DNA from: Nitrospinales bacterium
GTDB taxonomy: Bacteria; Nitrospinota; Nitrospinia; Nitrospinales; JAJDAT01
Assembly: GCA_046757665.1 (NCBI GenBank)
Contig: JBHHYO010000034.1
Span: 1-28,667 of the forward strand
Length of the DNA stretch: 28,667 nt
Direction: 5' to 3'
This document shows positions 28,407 through 28,667 of this stretch, piece after piece. A program made the translations under genes and the position numbers. The first letter of the stretch is position 1; each line of letters starts with the position of its first letter. The notes under the pieces are model-generated. The model was not told where the DNA came from and searched no databases. It worked only from the letters and a program-made list of their open reading frames with translations.

Positions 28407-28667
28407 CGGTAATGTTAAAAAAGCTAGTGATGCTGTTTTACCCAATCGGGTTTTTCCGGAAAAAACACCCTTTTGTCTCTCTCGGTTTCTTCCGTTGCAG
28501 GCCGGGAGAGATCCCCGTTGGTTGCTGGTGTTGCCAATCCAGGGATTTCAGTCGTTCGATAGGGGAAAGCGCTTCAACCCTCAAGGCGTCTTAGTGTTAG
28601 ATGCGTTCCGGATGTGAAAGTTTCCACCGTTTGGGCGGTCAGGGTTTTTTTGAGTGTCCTTAAAAAA

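Overview
Bacterial chromosomal window with GC-rich coding sequence and AT-rich intergenic tracts. Gene content suggests a Gram-negative Nitrospinota/deltaproteobacteria-like organism (inference only). Bases 1-2600 hold accessory genes: a short PilZ protein, a VpsT/CsgD-like LuxR regulator, a hicAB toxin-antitoxin pair and a GT2 glycosyltransferase. A housekeeping block follows (leuB, asd, mtnP, hemL, eno, mazG, hemW, era, map), interrupted by a MITE/REP-like element and a 757-aa coiled-coil protein with a 31-residue repeat. Bases ~16200-26550 form an iron-homeostasis island with five Fur-box-like sites. It contains a bacterioferritin with an altered ferroxidase centre, a candidate Fur-controlled antisense RNA over the bfr 3' region, a DUF2325-like protein, a GGDEF-EAL protein and a small [2Fe-2S] ferredoxin. 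These are followed by exbB, two exbD genes (one with Asn in place of the essential Asp), a tonB with a tandem-repeat linker, a secreted 25-aa DxDxDG-repeat protein and a FecA-like TonB-dependent receptor. The window ends with a TauE/SafE exporter and a solo XRE-S24 (CI/LexA-like) repressor. No rRNA, tRNA or CRISPR array was seen. All calls are by eye from motifs; no database search was run.
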